Shown piece after piece: positions 24,982-38,454 of a stretch of 64,000 nt of DNA. The stretch lies in the NCBI RefSeq assembly GCF_009914755.1, contig NC_060939.1; one strand, given 5' to 3'. The notes under the pieces were generated by a model. It was given only the letters and a program-made list of their open reading frames with translations. It searched no databases and was not told where the DNA came from. A program made the translations under genes and the position numbers. Each line of letters opens with the position of its first letter. Positions within the stretch are counted from its first letter, which is position 1. The DNA comes from the human T2T-CHM13v2.0 reference genome, Homo sapiens.

Positions 24982-26809
24982 TGCAATGCGAATGGTGCTC
25001 CCAGAATTGTGCAGTGCACAGCTGGTGCAGCTGTAATCTATGGCCTTGTCCCCATTCATATTGAACAGTTAATATAGTGAGAGACCTAGACACAAAAAGA
25101 AATCTTTATTTAAGTGTGATGCATGCAACAAAGAGAAGCATAGGGGCTCTGGGACAGCACGACAAGGGGACATAAGCCAATGGCAGCAAGGGATGTGGGG
25201 GTGGTCAGGGACATGGCATCCAAGGAAAGACATGAACAAAGAGTAGGACTGCTGTTGGAAGGAGAGTAGGGTAGGAAGAATGTTCCAGCCAGAGAAGTGG
25301 CCTGACTGCAGGACATGTTCATTTTGCCTGGTTCCCTCCCTGAGCCCAGAAAGGGGCATGACATACCCAAGGCCAGTCCAAGGCAGATAGGACTGGGCAG
25401 GAGCAGGACAGAACCAGGCCCCCTCACTCTTGCCCCCACACCCTGCCTGTTGCATTGCACCAGTCACTCATCATGGGTTCCAGGGCCTGCCCCTCGTCAC
25501 CCTCCAGCCCATGCAGACAGGATGAATTGATTGTGGCATGCTCCCCTGCTGAACCTCATCATTCCCTCAGCTCAGGGCTCCAGGCAGCCACTGCCAATCA
25601 GTCAGCGCAGGAAGCAAGATACAAACCATCTGCCACTGGGACAGGATGCCTCTTGTCATGGGCAACACCTGTGGTTCCCTGCACATGGTGCTGGGCATGG
25701 TTTTTATTAAAGGGAAATAGCCCGTCTCTAAGCTTATTGTCTTGGCTGAACAAAGCCTGCTGCAAATGTTTCGTTCAAAGGTCTTTTCCCCCCTATTTGA
25801 GAAGTACACAATTAACACCCTCCCCAGCTCTGCAACATCCTCAATGAATCTGCCAAGCTGGAGAGAGGCTTCTCTCTTCCCAAGGACCTTTTAAAATGAG
25901 CTTCAGTAAATTAAATCATCAAATTAGCACCAGGTTTCTAATGTGGCTGTATATTTCAGCCTAAAAGCAAATCTAGGGGACAGCTACATATGAAAAAGCT
26001 TTCCAGCAAGTGAGCTAGCAGCTCCACCGTGGCTTATGACACACAGACCTCTGTGCTGTGGTCTGAGGCAGGGAGAGCAGTGAGGTTCACATCCTGGATC
26101 AGCCCCCACAGCGTGGACAGCAAGTGAAAAGGTGGGGCTCACACACAAGGGGGAGTTCTCCAACAGAGGGTGCATGCCCAGACCTGTGCTGTAATGACCC
26201 ACACTCATTAGCAGTGGGGGCAAGGAAAATGGGTTGCTGGAGAGAATTCCAACCCATTATTTAACAAGGCAGCAGGGGGAAGCTGGGGCCTTACCATGAA
26301 ACAGATCTAGGTTACAATCCCAGCCTGCCCCCACTCTCTGTGTGCTATTGAGCATTTCCTGCCACCTCTCTGATCCTGGCTCCAGCCTCATGGGTGCCTC
26401 TGAGGATCAGAAAGCATGCAGGCCAAGTGCTGGCAGAGAGCCCAGCACAATGCAGGTCCCACAAAGCCCTGCTGTAGTGTGGGAAGTATAGTCCAGAAGC
26501 TTCAATCCTGCAAAGTGCTGAGTGGGGGCTGTTTTAAGGTCACAAAAAATAGTTCCTTATGTTTGCAAAAAAGCATAGAGCTTAAGAGAGTGAAGCTTGT
26601 GCTGTCCCTAAGTGATCAGGTATAAAGCGAGGATGATCTGGAGGCAGTCATGTTCCAGCGCTTCCTTCCCATCCTGACCCCTGGGGAAGGAAAGATTTCT
26701 GGCTTGCACCTGTTTGAGAACAGGGACCAGGGTAGAGGAGAGGAACCAGCCTCGTCAGACTTGCAACCATTGATATAACCACCAGGTCTTCTCACTTAAT
26801 CTAGGAAGA

Positions 26810-27045
26810 CAATAGAGTAAATTACATTGACTGATTTTCAATGTTGAACCAGCCTTGCATTCCTGGGATGGATCCTGCTTGATCAGGATGTATTACTCTT
26901 TTTATATATTGCTAGATTCACTTTGCTATTTTGTATATATGCACATGAGGGATATTGGGCTGTAGTTTTCTTGTGATGTATTTGGTTGTGATATAAGGGT
27001 AATGCTGACTTTGTAAAATGAGTCAGAAGTGTTCCTTCCATGTTA
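26810..27045 (-). mobile_element. L1 ORF2 fragment
   Basis: attacattgactgattttcaatgttgaaccagccttgcattcctgggat, typical of antisense L1 ORF2. Confidence 0.75.
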
Positions 27046-28259
27046 TATTTGATTTTGATTTCTTGCAGGGTGCATTATTATGGAGCACCTGGGCTACGCT
27101 GGGCTCTGTGCTAAACACTTTACACCAAGTCTCTTCTTTGATCCTTCAGTGCCTGTAAGAGGCAGGTACCATTCCTGGGGAAGCCTTTTCTGATGACCTC
27201 TAGAGTCCATATTCTAGAGGTCTTGAGAATTCACCAGGCTGCTGCTATTTTTTCCTGGGATCAATAAGATTGCTAAAGTAGGCAACAGTTGGCCTTGGAC
27301 CCATTGTAAAGAAGGTGAAATGGGAAGCATCCTTGGGATGAAGAAGTGGCTACCTGGGGAGATGGGGATGGGTAAGGGAGCTTCTCAGGCTGAAGCCTGT
27401 GGAGGATGCCACTCATCTTTGTTCTAGGCAGGCATGCACACTGCCCAGGAGGCCCTGAAAGCATCACAGTCATAGTGTCACTATTCAGAGCTGGAGGATC
27501 TTAAAGGGCATCTAATTCAACTTCTAAACCTCTTTGATGTTTCTGACAAAGGGTTACTCTTCTGAATTCTTACTGTGATAGGGAGCTCATTACTCTTCCG
27601 AACTTTTGCCTCTGGGTCCACCAGCCTTCAGTTATCCAGCCCCCTACAAGGCACCAGGGAAGTGCACTCAGATGCACATTTGCCTCTGCTGGCAGGATGC
27701 AAACATGTGCTGGGCAGTCATGCCTGCTCAGGCCCTGGAATCCCTCCATGCTCACTTAGCCTGTCTACCAGCCTCCCATACTCCACTCTCCCCAAGGAGT
27801 GCCCCTCCACATGGCAGAGGGGCTGAGCTTCCTGCGACAGACCTGACCATGACATTCTCTGCCTGAAATGTGTGATGGCTCCTTCTTGCCTCCAGAATCA
27901 AGTCCCACTCTCATCTTTGGGCCTTTGCACATGCTGTTCTCTCTATCTGGAAAGTTCTTTCCTCCTCCTCCTCCTCCTGTAAACTCTCTCATGTCCTTAA
28001 AGACTAAGCTCAGACACCACCTCCTCCAGGGAGCCTCTTTGGTGGTTCTCACCACATTTCATGGTAAACATCTGCTGGATCATTTGACCTGATGGTGGGG
28101 TTTGCATGGCTCACTCTGTATATGTGAACCCAGCACGCAGGGAGGCACTCTGTGTTGCTTGTCTGTTGAATGAGTGAGTGGATGAGTGTCCTTGCCTTTG
28201 GTGGGGCTGCTGGCTACCAACCCATTCCTTCCATCCCTAATCATTGCTGGGGCCCAACC

Positions 28260-29070
28260 CTATGGACTGCCTTGTATTGACAACAGAAAGGGAAAAACAG
28301 ATTTAGGTAAATCTTTCCAGTTGCCCTGCTGAAGGATTCCTGGGTCTATCTTGAGGTCTATCGTGTTTCTTTTTGAGGTCATTGTTGAAAATATCAGCTT
28401 CATGAGAAGGCAAAATCCCCCTTTCCTCTTTCTCATTTGTTCTCCATTAAAGGTATCTGACCTGATCCATTCAGTTCTTTGAAGATAAAAATATAAAACC
28501 ATGTTGTGATTTTTTTTTCTGAACAACTTTTGAACAAATGCTGTGAGCTGGCATGAATATTCTCTACCAAAGATTCCAGGTCAAAAGAATTCTATTTCAG
28601 ATGAATCAATGAAGTATAATAAAATTACGAAAAGGTAACAAACACAAAAGGACACCTCTTAGTGATGATGATAAATGGTCACCAAAAGTTTGCAATGGTG
28701 GCCTAAAATGCAAAAAAAGCACAAACAACATAGAACTACACTACTGCCTCCTGAAGTAAACCTCAAATAAGGAGTCATGGTGGAGATAAACACAGACAGC
28801 CACCTCTGTTTATCTCAAGCCTCCCATTTTGGTGCCATCTGGGACCAGTAGCATCAGCAGCACCTGCAAGCTTGTTGGAAATGCAGTCCCCTGGGCTCCA
28901 CCCAGACCTACAGATGGGCTTGTGTTTGAGAATATGTGAAGTCAGCTGAGCTATCCAGGGTTTGCTCAGCAAGGAACACGTTCTTCACATTTTTCATTCA
29001 AATTCCAGGTCACTGAATCTAAACAACCCACTTTCTGGGTTAAATGTTACCTGATTTCACACACACCTAA
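28260..29070 (-). mobile_element. Probable hAT/Charlie transposase fossil, interrupted by MER5A
   Basis: Minus-strand peptides WIAQLTSHIL, EWIRSD and FSTMTSKRNTIDLKID resemble hAT transposase motifs. A MER5A-like piece lies at ~28840-28910. Confidence 0.45.
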
Positions 29071-29971
29071 TTCTCTTTTTTGTTGTTGTTTTAGTCAATG
29101 CATAAAAGCATTTATTGAATGTCTAAGAACTGTGATCAACATGTCTATTAAAAAGCAGCCTTGTGGGGCCCTGTGATTTGGTCTCGAAAGGTCTCATGAG
29201 GCCAAAAGCTATTTTCCTCCTCCTGCCTGCTTCTCTCTCTTTCCTTCTCTCTCTGTCCCCCATATTCTGATGGCTTGCCCACATCTATGGTGTCAACCTG
29301 TCCCACCCCAGTGACTTTCAGTTTCTTCAGCCCAATCTCTCACCTGAGCCTCAGACTCATGTCTGACTCACAACCTCATACATCCCCACGCTGGGGTGTT
29401 CCACAGTCCCCTCAAACTCAGCACATCACACTGTTAGGGAAAGGGGGAAGAGAAGGACACAGGGAAGGTGGCCCTGGGTCCCAAATATTCATGCAGAGGG
29501 CTTGGAGAAAAGGCTGGTTGAGATTAGTGAAAGGACTGAATGCTGAATATTTGAAAAGAAATGTAGTTGAATGATAGGGGAACATAATGATTTACTTGAA
29601 TTCTTAGATGACATTCCATTGTAAATAGCATGCTGTTTTGTTGCTTTTATCTAGTTTATACAATTTTATCACCAACCAGAAAGCTCATTTAAACCATTTC
29701 CTTTTAAAAAGAAGTTGACAGCAGAAGAGCAGCCGTCAGCACAGCCTTCTGAAGAACCACAAGCCCCATATTAATGCCAGGGTCACCATCTGGGAGAAGT
29801 GACTTCTTTGTAAGACATGTGGGTAGCGTGGTCCACAGCAGAACTCTAAGGCACCTGAGAATTCTAAGTTTCAACCTGGCCTCCAGGTCATTATGATGGT
29901 ATCAAGGTCAAAGAATAAGGTACTTTAGTTTACGTTTTGTAGCTTGATTTATAACTCTTAAACATTTAAAC

Positions 29972-30188
29972 CAGGGTTCCTTAACCGTGGCACTACTGAC
30001 ATTGTAGTTGGAATAATTCTTTGTTGATGGGGAACTGTCCTGCATATTGTAGGATATTTAGCAGCACCTCTGGCCTCTACCCATTAGATGCCAACAGCAA
30101 CCTCCCTCAAGTGGTGACAATCAACAATGTTTCCAAACATTCCTAAGTGTTCCCCACGGAGCAAAACTGCCCCAGTTGAGGCCCACTG
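29972..30188 (-). mobile_element. MER20 hAT-Charlie MITE
   Basis: cagggttccttaacc...ggcctctacccattagatgcc...ccagttgaggcccactg, about 217 bp. Confidence 0.85.
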
Positions 30189-30408
30189 GTTTGGACCTAT
30201 ACTTTGTGAGCCTACATTTGTGCCCCTGCCCCAGACCCCACAATTATTGGGGTTGGTGGTTTCTAGCCACGTGATCTTGGGCACTTCTGTCCTCTCTGGG
30301 CCTCATCTGCACTCGGTGGGAACCACGTGAGAGAGTGTGTCAAAGCTTAGCTGCGGCCAATGCTCACTAGTCTCCTTCCTGCCTTGGCCAACCTTTAGGG
30401 GTGCTCAC

Positions 30409-30662
30409 CTGTTCAGGAAGATGCTGCTGACGTCGTCGTGTGTGATGGGAGGCTTCTTGGAGCTGGCGGCCATCCGCAGCGGGCGCAGGAAATTGTTGAC
30501 AAGGATGTGCAGCTGCTGCACGTACTCAGCCTCAGCCTCCAGCATGCTGAACACCACCTGGTTCCTCTTGCGCATGCTGTCAGCATGGGGTGACCGGATG
30601 TAGTCCTGGATGATGGTCTTCCACTTCCGCCGGCACAGCCAGCCCCGCAGGAAGCTCTGCAC
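30409..30662 (-). CDS. RASGRF1: RASGRF1 exon 5 (254 nt), IQ motif and start of DH domain: [15 protein letters not shown]...VSSIFLN
   Basis: Acceptor ttgctgctcag|GTG, donor AG|gtgagc, phase 0 to 2. Contains the IQ-like [12 protein letters not shown] and the first DH helix [19 protein letters not shown]. Confidence 0.97.
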
Positions 30663-33158
30663 CTGAGCAGCAAGACCGGTGGGGAGAGGCTCCTGTCAGG
30701 GAGTCTGGACCACTCCTGTCCTTCCAGGCTGTGAGCTCCCCAAGGGTAGGAACCAAGGCTTTGTTATTCCTACGCCGGGCATGTAGCAAAAAGAGCTCAG
30801 ATGTAGACCAGGCATAGCTCTGTTGCCCACATGATACAGGGCAAGTTGTTTGGTTGCCCTGAGTCAGTTTTCCCATCTGTAAAATGGGGCTAAAGAGATG
30901 ATGGCTAGACTGAAAGTGTGGTCCACAAATTGGATCGGCATCTCTGAAGAGCTTATTGGAAATGCAGATTCTCAAGCCCCACCCCAGACCTCTGCAGTTT
31001 AACAAGACCCCTGGGTTGCTTTGGAAGCATTCGCTGGAGGAGGAAAAATGTGGCTCTATGTCTCCATAATGGGAGGTCGCCCGAGGATAAAGGGTTGCAG
31101 GGCCTTGCTGGGCACAGCTCATGCCTTGTCTTGTCTAATGACTTGCCTGAGAGCCCAGAAGTTTAAATTAAAGCTCTTTTGGATAGAAGGGTGATTATCA
31201 AATTGAACGGAACATGGAAAATTAGTTAATCTCATACTTAGCCCTCATCAGCGGCTTCTGAGTCCTAGTGCCTGCCTGGAGCCTCTCCTCCTGACTCAGT
31301 AGGGAAATGAACAGAGACACTTAACTCAGTTGCCTTGGAGCTGGGCTGCTTGGAGTGGCCTCATATTGGCAAGAACTTGGGAAAGGGCCTTGATTGACAC
31401 ACACACACAGAGTTGTTTTAAGCTGTACAGGCTTCCAATCAAGGGGCCTCTGAGCTGTGTGCAAGCTCACGGTCCACACTGGGAGGAAGGGTACTGGGAT
31501 CAGGCAGAGGTGCTCATACAGTATTCTTCACTGAAAGGACCGCTGTCTCCAAACAGCAGGTACAGTTGTCCAGGGGCAGACCTGCTGGCTAGAGATGGGT
31601 GCCGTAGACAGAAGAGGCCTGCCCGAGGCCCAAGAGCTATCTCTGAAGATAGGAAGGGCTTTCTCAAAGAGGGAGGGGCTTACTCTGAGGCTCCAGGAGG
31701 GTGAAAATAGAGCGATGGGAGGTGGATTTCAGCTAGCCTTTAACAAAATGTTCCAACCAGAATGCTCCAAATACAGGGGTGAGCTGGGAAGCTCACTGGG
31801 GCTGTAGTAGAGAACACCGGTCAGGGCGTCTCTGCCCAGGTGGGACTTGACTCAGACCTGGGTGGCAAGTCCCAATGCCTGTGGGGCCCTGGCAGTTCCT
31901 AGAGGTGCGTGAGGCTAGCTGGGGGTGGGGGATGTCATAAGGTGGCACCTCTTGCCTGGGCTGGCTGCTGTTATGTGCAGGAGGTGGCCTGGGGCTGCTG
32001 GGCCTTCTGCTTTTTAAGGAGATGTTGTGTCCCGGCAGCATAGCCTCTGGAGCTTGGCCGCCAGGGTTTGAATGTTACTCTGTAAATACTTAGCTGTGTG
32101 ACCTTGGGCAAGTTCCTTTGCCTCTCTGTGTCTCAGCTTCCCCATATGTAAAATGAAAATAATAAATAAACCTCAGAGGATTTTAGTGAGGATAGAATTA
32201 ATCTGCATAAAGCTCTTAAAATAATGTCTGGCACATAAAAAGTAGTTAATTAATGTTAGCTATTTCTATTCTTGAGAAACCAGAAATCCAGATTTTTGTG
32301 TGATGTGTTTAGCTTTTAAAGCACTGGCAACAAATTTTTAAAAATGTAAACCAAAAAAAGCCCACTGTGTGGGATGAAAATCTCAAAATCTCAAACACAC
32401 TGGTACGCTGAACTTGGCCCATGGGATGCCAGTTTGCAGTTTCTAGGGATGGCGTTGGGGTCCTTTCATGCACTCAACAAATAGGATTCCGTGGTTTCAC
32501 CTGTTTTTCTTAGGGTGAGTCAGGCTCCCCTGTCTTGAGTCTGGCAAGCTACAAACACAGCCCACGCTCCTTCCCTCTGCCACACCACCACAGGGTGGCC
32601 CATGGTATGTCACTACCTGGCCACTGGGCAGATCCTTGGTAGCTTCTGAGATGTCTGTCCCTCCTGAACTCTAATAGGGTAAAAGCAGTGAGGTCTGAAA
32701 AAGGCTGGACTACCGTGCTGGGTCTGCTGGGGACTCAGGAGGTACTTGTGAGAGGTGGCGTGTACATGGCAGTGGGGGTGGCATGCCAGGGAGTGGCAGT
32801 GGAGAGGTGGCCCTGGGGGTCTTGGCAAGGTGAATGGCAATGCGAGGAAAGCAGTCAGCTGAGAGTCCCAGGCCTGGGTTTCTGTCCTGGCTTTCCCCAC
32901 TCCTTCCTCTTGTGGAACCTGTTTTCTTATCTATAAAATGGGCTGAAGCACTCTGCCCCATAGGGACAACCAGAAGAAATGACTTGACAGGGTACCCTTC
33001 AGGGATAAGGGAGTGTGGGCTCTGTCTTTGGAGCTGAGGTTGGGGGATGGGGGGCACGCTCTGAGGACAGTGGGGCTGTGGTGTGGATACTGCCAACCCT
33101 GGGCTGGCTCTCTAAAGAGAGAGCTCCAAAGAAGGCCACCCAGAGGGATAGCACTGAC

Positions 33159-33251
33159 CTTCTTAATTTTCTTGATGTCGCTGTCTTCATCGTTGGGGGC
33201 GACAGTCTGGGTGGACTGGATGCGCTCATTGTCCTTGAGCAGGGATGTGAT
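33159..33251 (-). CDS. RASGRF1: RASGRF1 exon 4 (93 nt): ITSLLKDNERIQSTQTVAPNDEDSDIKKIKK
   Basis: Acceptor tgttgctgttgcag|ATC, donor AAG|gtcagt, phase 0 to 0. Confidence 0.96.
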
Positions 33252-33621
33252 CTGCAACAGCAACACAGGTCAGCCTGTGAGGGGCGCTGGCTCACAGAGG
33301 CCCCAGGTCTTTGGCCGGTGGGTGGCAGGAACAGGGTGGCAGCCGAGTGCCCTGCCTCTTCTTCCCCAAGAGCCATGATGCCACAGCTTGTGATTCTGAC
33401 TCTGTGCATCCAGGTCATGGAACCAGACAGGCCCCAGACATCTGTGAGAAGCGCTGCACGGGGGATGGGTAGACACCTGGGTTCCAGGCCAGCTGGGCTG
33501 CCCAACCAGAGTGACCTTGGACGAAGCCCTTCTGCTCTCGGGGCTGTAGCCACCTCATTTGTAATCTCAGAATTTGGCCTAAATCTGTGGTTCTCCTCCC
33601 TACTCCCCAAACAACCGGTCC

Positions 33622-34077
33622 CTTTTTTTAAAAATAATTTTTGCTGTGATAAAACACATGTAACATATTAAAATTTACCATTTTAACTATTTTTAAGGGT
33701 ATGGTTCAGTGGCATTAAGGACATTCACATTGTTGTGCAACCATCACCACCATTTACCTCCAGAACTCTTCATTTTGTAAAACTGAAACTCTGTACTCAT
33801 CAAACAATAACTCTCCATTCCCCTTCCTCCCAGTCCCTGGCAACCACATTCCACCTTCTATGCCTCTGAATTGGACTCCTCTAGGTACCTCATCTAAGCG
33901 GAATCATGCACTATTTGTCTTTCTGTGACCGGCTTATTTCATGGTGCATAATGTCCTCAAGTTTCTTCCATGTTGCAGCGTGGGTCAATTTCCTTCCCTT
34001 TCAAGGCCAAGCAATATTCCCTTGTGTGTGTAGACCACATTTTATTTATCCATTCCCCCTTTGATGGGCATCTAGGT
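33622..34077 (-). mobile_element. L1MB-type 3' end fragment
   Basis: aaaatttaccattttaac...ttcacattgttgtgcaaccatcaccacc...ggtacctcat...ggaatcat. Confidence 0.85.
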
Positions 34078-36649
34078 AATCCCTTTATTTTTCAAACAAA
34101 ATTGTATCTGGATATAAATCAGATAGAGCAGGTGGCTCCGGGTGAAGTCCTGCTGGCTTGGCGCTTTCCTTCCTGGGCAGCCCCAAAGCACCTCTTAGAA
34201 TCAGAGGCCTATTTCAATCATAACCTGGAAACTGCTGGCCTAGAAAAGTGGAGCAGCTCTTCAAATATCTAGCTGCTCTAAACATCTCCATTTGCATAAT
34301 TTGGGGATCACAGATGTCGACATAGCTGCAAGAACAAAACCAAGGCATGGTGCCTAGGAGAAGGTACACCTTAAGCTGCACTGTGGCCAGGGGCCTCTGG
34401 GACTCATCCCATAGACAGGCCAGTGGTGTATCCTCCTGCGCAGGGCTCGTCCAACCACTCCAATTCTGTGAGTCCTTGTTTTGTGTCCTGTAGCAGGGTT
34501 CCCACAGCACCATGGACTTTCCTGTGAAAATGCTGGAATTGCTTGTCTACTCTTCTATCTTTGCCGTGAGCTCTAAGGGAGAAGGGATTGCAGCTGTTTC
34601 ATTTATTGTGCTCCTGGTGCCTAGCGCAAGGTTGGGCACTCAACACATTCTTGTTGTCTACACAAATAAGTGAATTAAAAAAAATCAGAGCAACAGCAGC
34701 AACAAAAACATTAACCAAGGGAAAACACTGCAGTAATGAAGCCCCACATGTCTAAAGATAGTAGCTCAGGGGATTCTACGAACAAAGCCGCAAAGCCCAG
34801 TGCTGTTCTCTCTTGGGAACACATGGCTTTTGTCCCCTCAAGGCCACTTGCTGAGCCACAGGATGAATGGGCGCTCATAATTGAGTGAATCAAGCACTTT
34901 GAAAGCAAAATGGAACAGTTACCCGCTCTCCACTCCCTGGTTGCTAAAATTACCGCAGCCTGTGATTGAAGAGTGGCTGAAAATATCTAACTGAGAAATA
35001 GTCAGTGTGGAGATGGGCTTTTCTCCCCACCCCCTCCCCCTTTTTGATCCTTTGAGAACATTTGCACATTGAAATGATGACTGATTCTTTGATCTGGACT
35101 CTAAAGGGCTAAGGAACACGCAAGCGTACACACACACACACACCGCCTTTGGAGCCTGTTCAGTCAACACTTTTACCTTCGGCTTCTTCTCACCTCTGTG
35201 CCAGGATGCTTTCTTTGCCAGTTTTGGGATTTGCACATAGCACCCCTTTTCACTTTAGGATGGTGATATGTGTGTGTATGTGTGCTGGGCTTGGGGAAGT
35301 GGTCTGTGTTTAAAACTGATGGTGCTCTTCTCAGAGAGAGGCATTCCGGGACATCTACTCAACAGGGACTAGGGCAGAAAATAGATGCAATTAGGTCAGG
35401 CACCATCCTACATGCGCAGGCAACAAAAACTTTGGAGGCTTTATTTAAGGATCAGGCTAAGTGGGCAAAGCTCTGGAGGGTTGCAAGCCTGGGGACTGCA
35501 AAAGTCTTGAACTATGTCTAGTCTTGGCCCATTGCAACTAGGAGCCAATATCGGGATGGTGGTGGGAGCCCCAGGCCTAAAGGGCTCATGGAGGGCTCAT
35601 GGAGGCAGCCTTTCCCTGACACTGGCAGGTGCCTCCTGGAAGTAGATTTTGCTTTGCACCCTGCTTTGTTTGGTTACATCCTGCCCCTACTTAGTTGACC
35701 CTCGTGAATTACAGCCATGGGGAACTGGACCTCTGGCTCACACCCTGACTCTGGCTGGCCGACTCCACACCTGGCTCCATGCCTGGTGTCTTGGCTGGCT
35801 CCTGCCCACCCACCACCCTCAGACTGGCTTTCTTTGCCCCCTAGAGGCAAACTGTCACTTGCTACACCTGCTTTGGGCACGGTGCAATGGCTCCTGCTCC
35901 ACCCTACTCCCCTCTCTGGAGACACTTTCTTTAACCTGGAATGTGTTTAGTCAGTGCAGTAATGGGTGATGGAATTAATCCAGATCTTTTTCTCTTTGTT
36001 AGCAGCCAATGGTTTACTAAAGATTGCTGCATTGCTTGCTTTTCAAGCAGGTGCCACACAGCTCAGCTCTCTCTCCTGCCTCCCTGCTTCCCTCTGCCCC
36101 CATCCAAGCCCAACAGGTGCCCCCCATCTCTGTTTCCCTTTGTGCCAACCTTATCAGCATGCTCTGATGGTGTCTGTGTTGAGCACCATGCCAAGTGCCC
36201 CTTCCTTGGAGGAGCTCCCAGCCTAAGAAGGAGGTCAGGCATTCATAGAGGTGGCTTGCAATCCAACAAGGCCAGGCCAGAACAGAGCTGTGTACCCACT
36301 GCCATGGGAGAGCCTTGGCCAGGAAGTGGCAAGGCTCCCCAGGAAAGGTTTTGAAGGGCAAACAGGAGTCCAACAGTTGGTATATGTGGGGGAAGGAATT
36401 CAAATAGAAGGAATGATATGAACAAAGGCATGGGTGTGATAGAGTGTTGTGTGCCAGGGCAGCAGGTCTTGGGAATGGGGGATGGCAGGAGAGATGGGGA
36501 GCAGGGCCACAGCAGGGAGGGTGGCCATGGAGAGGGGGTGCTGGTGGGGAAGGACCAAGGCCACCCTCCCCTCCTTTCCCCAGAGCAGTCTTCTATCTAT
36601 TTTGTATATTGGGGTTCCACATCAAAGTGTGTTTGCAAAACTGATTCTA

Positions 36650-36964
<315 letters not shown>

Positions 36965-37419
36965 TCATTTTGAACCTTAGGGTAAAGATCTCTGCAGTTC
37001 CCTCCACTGTCAGCCTTCTAGGATATGTGTGTTCCCGTTCCAATAAAATATTACAGCCACCTGCAAACTCCTATGCTGCCCTTTAGGGCCTGTCTTAGCT
37101 CTCCAAATTTACTTCCAATTGCAAATGGGAGAGAAATAGCTATTAAGAAAATGAAATCATGCCAAACTGAGCATTCTAGAGGAGGGGAGGAGTCTTCTCA
37201 TAGGTAGATGTTCCCTTGTTTTAGATGGTTCCTTCATGGGGCTTTCTGGTAATGAAAGAGAAGTCCTGATAGGATTGTTTAGAAGGGAGAGAAGAGACTA
37301 AGTCAGCAGTGGATTGATTGTTTTACTTAGTAAAGTTACACGTGTGTCGGCATGATCTCCTGTTAACAGAGATGGCTGGGGTGGGTGCCACAGGATGGAG
37401 GGCACAGAGGGAGAAGAGA

Positions 37420-37580
37420 CGGGCTGGCTTCATGGATGTGTGGCCTGCGCACTCGCACAGAGCCCCAGGCTTACAAGGGCCCAATGGTTGGTTTAAGCTT
37501 CTGCAGTTGCTGTCTCGAAGTTTTTAAAGGCCTCACATTTTCTTTTGTGCTTAGCCCTGCAAATTACAGAGCTGGTCATG
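37420..37580 (+). mobile_element. MER91A-like hAT-Tip100 MITE
   Basis: gggctggcttcatgg...agggccc...ttggtttaa...gccctgcaaattacagagctggtc. Confidence 0.6.
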
Positions 37581-38109
37581 AAAAAAGTTGCAGACAATGA
37601 TATGATGGTACATTATAAACAGTAAAGCTCTCTGAAAGGAAAACTGACTTGTAGCATTTGCCAATTCCCATGATGTCAGCCCATTTCTAGCTCAGCCCAT
37701 TTCAAGCTACCAAAGGTCAAATACCCAGCTAGCGAAATTCTTGAAAATCTAACAGTTGGCTCTTGCAAGCTGGCATGATAGAGTGTTGTGCAGATGGCCA
37801 ATGGCCAATGGTAGAAGCAGGCTCTGGCACATCACTGGATGCAGGGGGAAGATCTTGGTAGGGAAAGAGGTTATGGACAACAACAAAAGTGGCACGTGGG
37901 AGTGTGAGGAGAGAAGTCAGTGTTTAAAGGGGAGGTTGGTGAAGGATGGTTGTGGCAGGAAAGGCTGAGTGACATGAGGGCAGAGGTGTTTTCTATTCAT
38001 TTTTGAGCTGTTTTCTGTTTTAATAGTGGAGTGCCCCTCCATTCTGTTACATACAACAGCCTGTGTCGTGGGTTGTAGGGACTGAAGGAGGAGCCTCCTC
38101 TGAGTCGTT

Positions 38110-38454
38110 GTTGGGACTTTTGCAGATACTCTGGTTCTCTCTCTTCTTGGAAATGGTGGGATTGTATTTCCCAGATCCTCTGAAGTTGGGCACAGTCACG
38201 TGACTTGCTTTGTCCAATGTGATGTGAGCAGTGTGCCATGTGCCTTTCCCCAGCCCAGCCATATGACTGGTGAATTTCTTGATGGCAGAAGCCTCCTTGG
38301 CTTGTGTCTCAATCACTGGAGGATTTTGGGGAGCAGAGTCTTCAGCAGAACTCTCAATGGACACACAGAGTCAGTAATCAACCTCTGTTGTTTTAAGACA
38401 TTCAGATTTGGAGGGTGTTACTGCAGCATAATCTAGCCTATTCTGACAGATACA
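38110..38454 (+). mobile_element. MaLR LTR (MLT1I/J-like)
   Basis: cacgtgacttgctttgtccaatg ... tgttgttttaagac...gttactgcagcataatctagcctattctgacagataca. Confidence 0.75.

Noticed and set aside
29075-29135. AATAAA followed by an A-rich run on the minus strand, suggesting a retrocopy end or intronic poly(A) site
   Set aside because: It matches the common L2 3' tail pattern (catttattga…) and I found no TSD.
32999-33671. 203 and 218 aa ORFs overlapping exon 4
   Set aside because: Off-frame or antisense shadows in GC-rich DNA, with no splice or domain support.
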